Both the position numbers and the translations under genes were made by a program. This document shows positions 62,091-64,000 of a stretch of DNA of 64,000 bases, one piece after another. The DNA is taken from positions 56,559 through 120,558 of the forward strand of contig JBBRPR010000024.1 of the NCBI GenBank assembly GCA_038227875.1. Reading direction: 5' to 3'. The DNA is from Planctomycetota bacterium. GTDB lineage: Bacteria > Planctomycetota > SZUA-567 > H5-PLA8. The notes beneath the pieces were generated by a model. It saw nothing but the letters and a program-made list of their open reading frames with translations, did no database searches and had not been told where the DNA came from. Each line of letters begins with the position of its first letter. Position 1 is the first letter of the stretch.

Positions 62091-63863
62091 TTAGACTTTG
62101 GTGAATGCCAGTGCTCGCTGAACATAGCCTAGTAATTCCCCATCGTTTATGGCTGCGGTTTCCCACGCTGGATTCGTATCGTGGTGGAAACGATTCGCGT
62201 ACTCTGTTAAATCCTGAAGTTCTTGAGTCTGGGATGAGTTCAAGATTTCTTGTTGCGTACCGAGTCGTCGACGAGCCATTTCCCGAAACGGGCCGAGAAG
62301 GGTGCTCGGTTTGAAGTGCTCCGAACATGCAACTCGTAAGTACCCTTCCAGAACTGGACGGATCGCCTGCGCTACCGACCTTTGTTCCCGCACCATTGGC
62401 CGCATATTCTCTCAACTCCGCGTGTCTGCGGTCATATTCTGTAATGCAATCGGCAGAGACATTCCAAACTGCGATATTCGAGCCGGTGTTGTCGCGTAAT
62501 ACCTGAACCGCGCAGCGTGTGGAGGTTTCTGAGTTTTCCCACATGCGGCATAAGAAGGGCTTGGAGTGCGAAAGTACGATGACTTGGCGAGCGCGCTGCG
62601 AGAGCCTTCGGATTTCCTGGACAGTAGTTAACGTTCGATGTTCATCAAGACTCGTCATGGGGTCGTCAATGACGACGATCTTATTCGACAATGCGGAATC
62701 CTGATCGAGTGAAGCGAAGAAAAAGGCCAAGGCAAGCGTGTTGCGATCCCCTGCACTGAGAGTATTGCGAAACGATGGCTCTCCCGCCGTGGCCTGCCCG
62801 CCCGATATGGGTACTGTGGTGTTGTTGATGAGGACGTTGTAGGTACAGGCGGGCCCGCCCCGCGTGTTCGCAGACGTCACGCTGGCGAGGCGAAATCCCG
62901 CATTGAACTTTTGAAGGTACAGATTTATTGCCGTTTGATAGGCGGGAAACACGGTCGAGCGGTATAGATCAAGTGCTGCACGAGCTTCCTCACGACGCTG
63001 CTCAGTTGTGGCCTTTGCTAATTTCTCACCCAGGTAATCAATGCACAATAACAGTGTAACGGGGTTCTGGCGCGCCTTGATGGCGTTCAACCGTACGAGA
63101 TCGGCGGCGAGCACTGCGGGATTGCCGGTTGCAGCCTGCTCTTTCACCACCCGGATTGCTTCGTTTGCCTGGTGGAGCTCTTGGCTGAGCCTGGCAACGG
63201 ATTGGCGATGAAGTTCATACGAAACAATAGCGGCTTTTGCTTCACTGCTTAGAACTGTCGGATCTAGCGGCGCTGCCTGCTTTTTCGTCAATGCTGCGGC
63301 GATGATTTCCCGCGCGGCTCGCCAATCCCTGGCGATCTCAGCAGTATCGATTGCGACAGTGGGCACATCGCAAAATGAAGACCAGAATTGCCGTCGTTCT
63401 CCCACTACGCGCACGGCGCGCTCGAACGCAGCAGGCACTTCGAGGCCGTGTAAGCGATTGATGGTTGCGATGGCATCCGAAATGGTCTGTTTAAGTTGCG
63501 CATATTCCGCACTGAAGTAAGCACGATAATTGTCCATCACGGGCGATCCAGTGAGAGCTTGTGCGCAGAACGGGCACGTACTTGTTCCCGCAGTCGCGTC
63601 AGACTCTGGTAAACGCCGTATCCCATCTGCTATCCAGGATTCACCCCCCGGACCTATCTCTGTGAAGTGGGTTTGTACACGGGCGACAGCAGCACTATCG
63701 AGTGCGGGTAGGTCTCGCCGCAAAATCCCATCGATGGCGTCTACATCGAAAGCGGGCAGGCTGAATGGGTCAAAGAGCGACGCAGCCCTGATTGCCTCTT
63801 GATCTCGGGCGGCAGCGAGATTGCGGACCGATGTTTGAATTGCTACATCAATGTCATCTCGGC
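62091..63863 (-). pseudogene. RloC-like ABC-ATPase (AAA_13) with zinc hook and HEPN-like C-terminus; 5' interrupted and frameshifted near 62385
   Basis: CPFC hook, coiled coil, TLSAGD signature, VVIDDPMTSLD Walker B/D-loop, VLSH; second frame ends ...LTEYANRFHHD; no Walker A in the window. Confidence 0.7.
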
Positions 63864-64000
63864 GGATGTCCCATCCGTTGTTGAAATTGGTTGAACGTCC
63901 GTAGCCGAAACCGAAACGTACCTTCCTTTCACGGCCTCGTCAAGGGGCTCGCTTCGTACTGACCGCTTTGTCTACAGGACAGACGCGGTTTACAATCCAG
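63864..64000. mobile_element. Possible IS end interrupting the ATPase gene
   Basis: Protein-like sequence stops at ~63863 and is replaced by ggatgtcccatccgttgttgaaatt..., with an in-frame stop ~75 nt further on. Confidence 0.35.

Larger units (their letters stand above)
60740..64000. mobile_element. Probable genomic island starting at the tRNA-Tyr 3' end and running out of the window
   Basis: 16-bp inverted repeat and TACCCCC direct repeats just after the tRNA; lower GC; defence-like and broken genes. No integrase is visible. Confidence 0.55.

Overview
High-GC bacterial chromosomal window, probably PVC superphylum/Planctomycetota (inferred from the long PVC-type L28 and from HEAT, WD40, PQQ, FGE and PEGA accessory proteins). 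Housekeeping genes: tig-clpP-clpX, a Dpp/Opp ABC transporter, rpmF-fabH-fabD, rpmB, guaA, nadA, thrC, smc, coaD and tRNA-Tyr(GTA). Most unusual elements: (1) a two-gene redox module, a NuoE/NuoF fusion plus an Fe-S wire protein in which two cyclic-nucleotide-binding domains and a 4x[4Fe-4S] ferredoxin replace the usual catalytic domain; (2) an orphan lipoprotein fusing degenerate FlgG-like and FlgC-like flagellar rod domains, upstream of a histidine kinase; (3) many intergenic hairpin cassettes built from 7-/9-mer repeats or REP-like palindromes; (4) an 11 x 10-bp phased repeat array and a cluster of perfect palindromes; (5) an AT-hook basic protein; (6) a lower-GC island after tRNA-Tyr with a disrupted RloC-like ABC-ATPase/HEPN gene. 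Several small frameshifts may be assembly errors. All family calls come from reading motifs by eye; no database searches were run.
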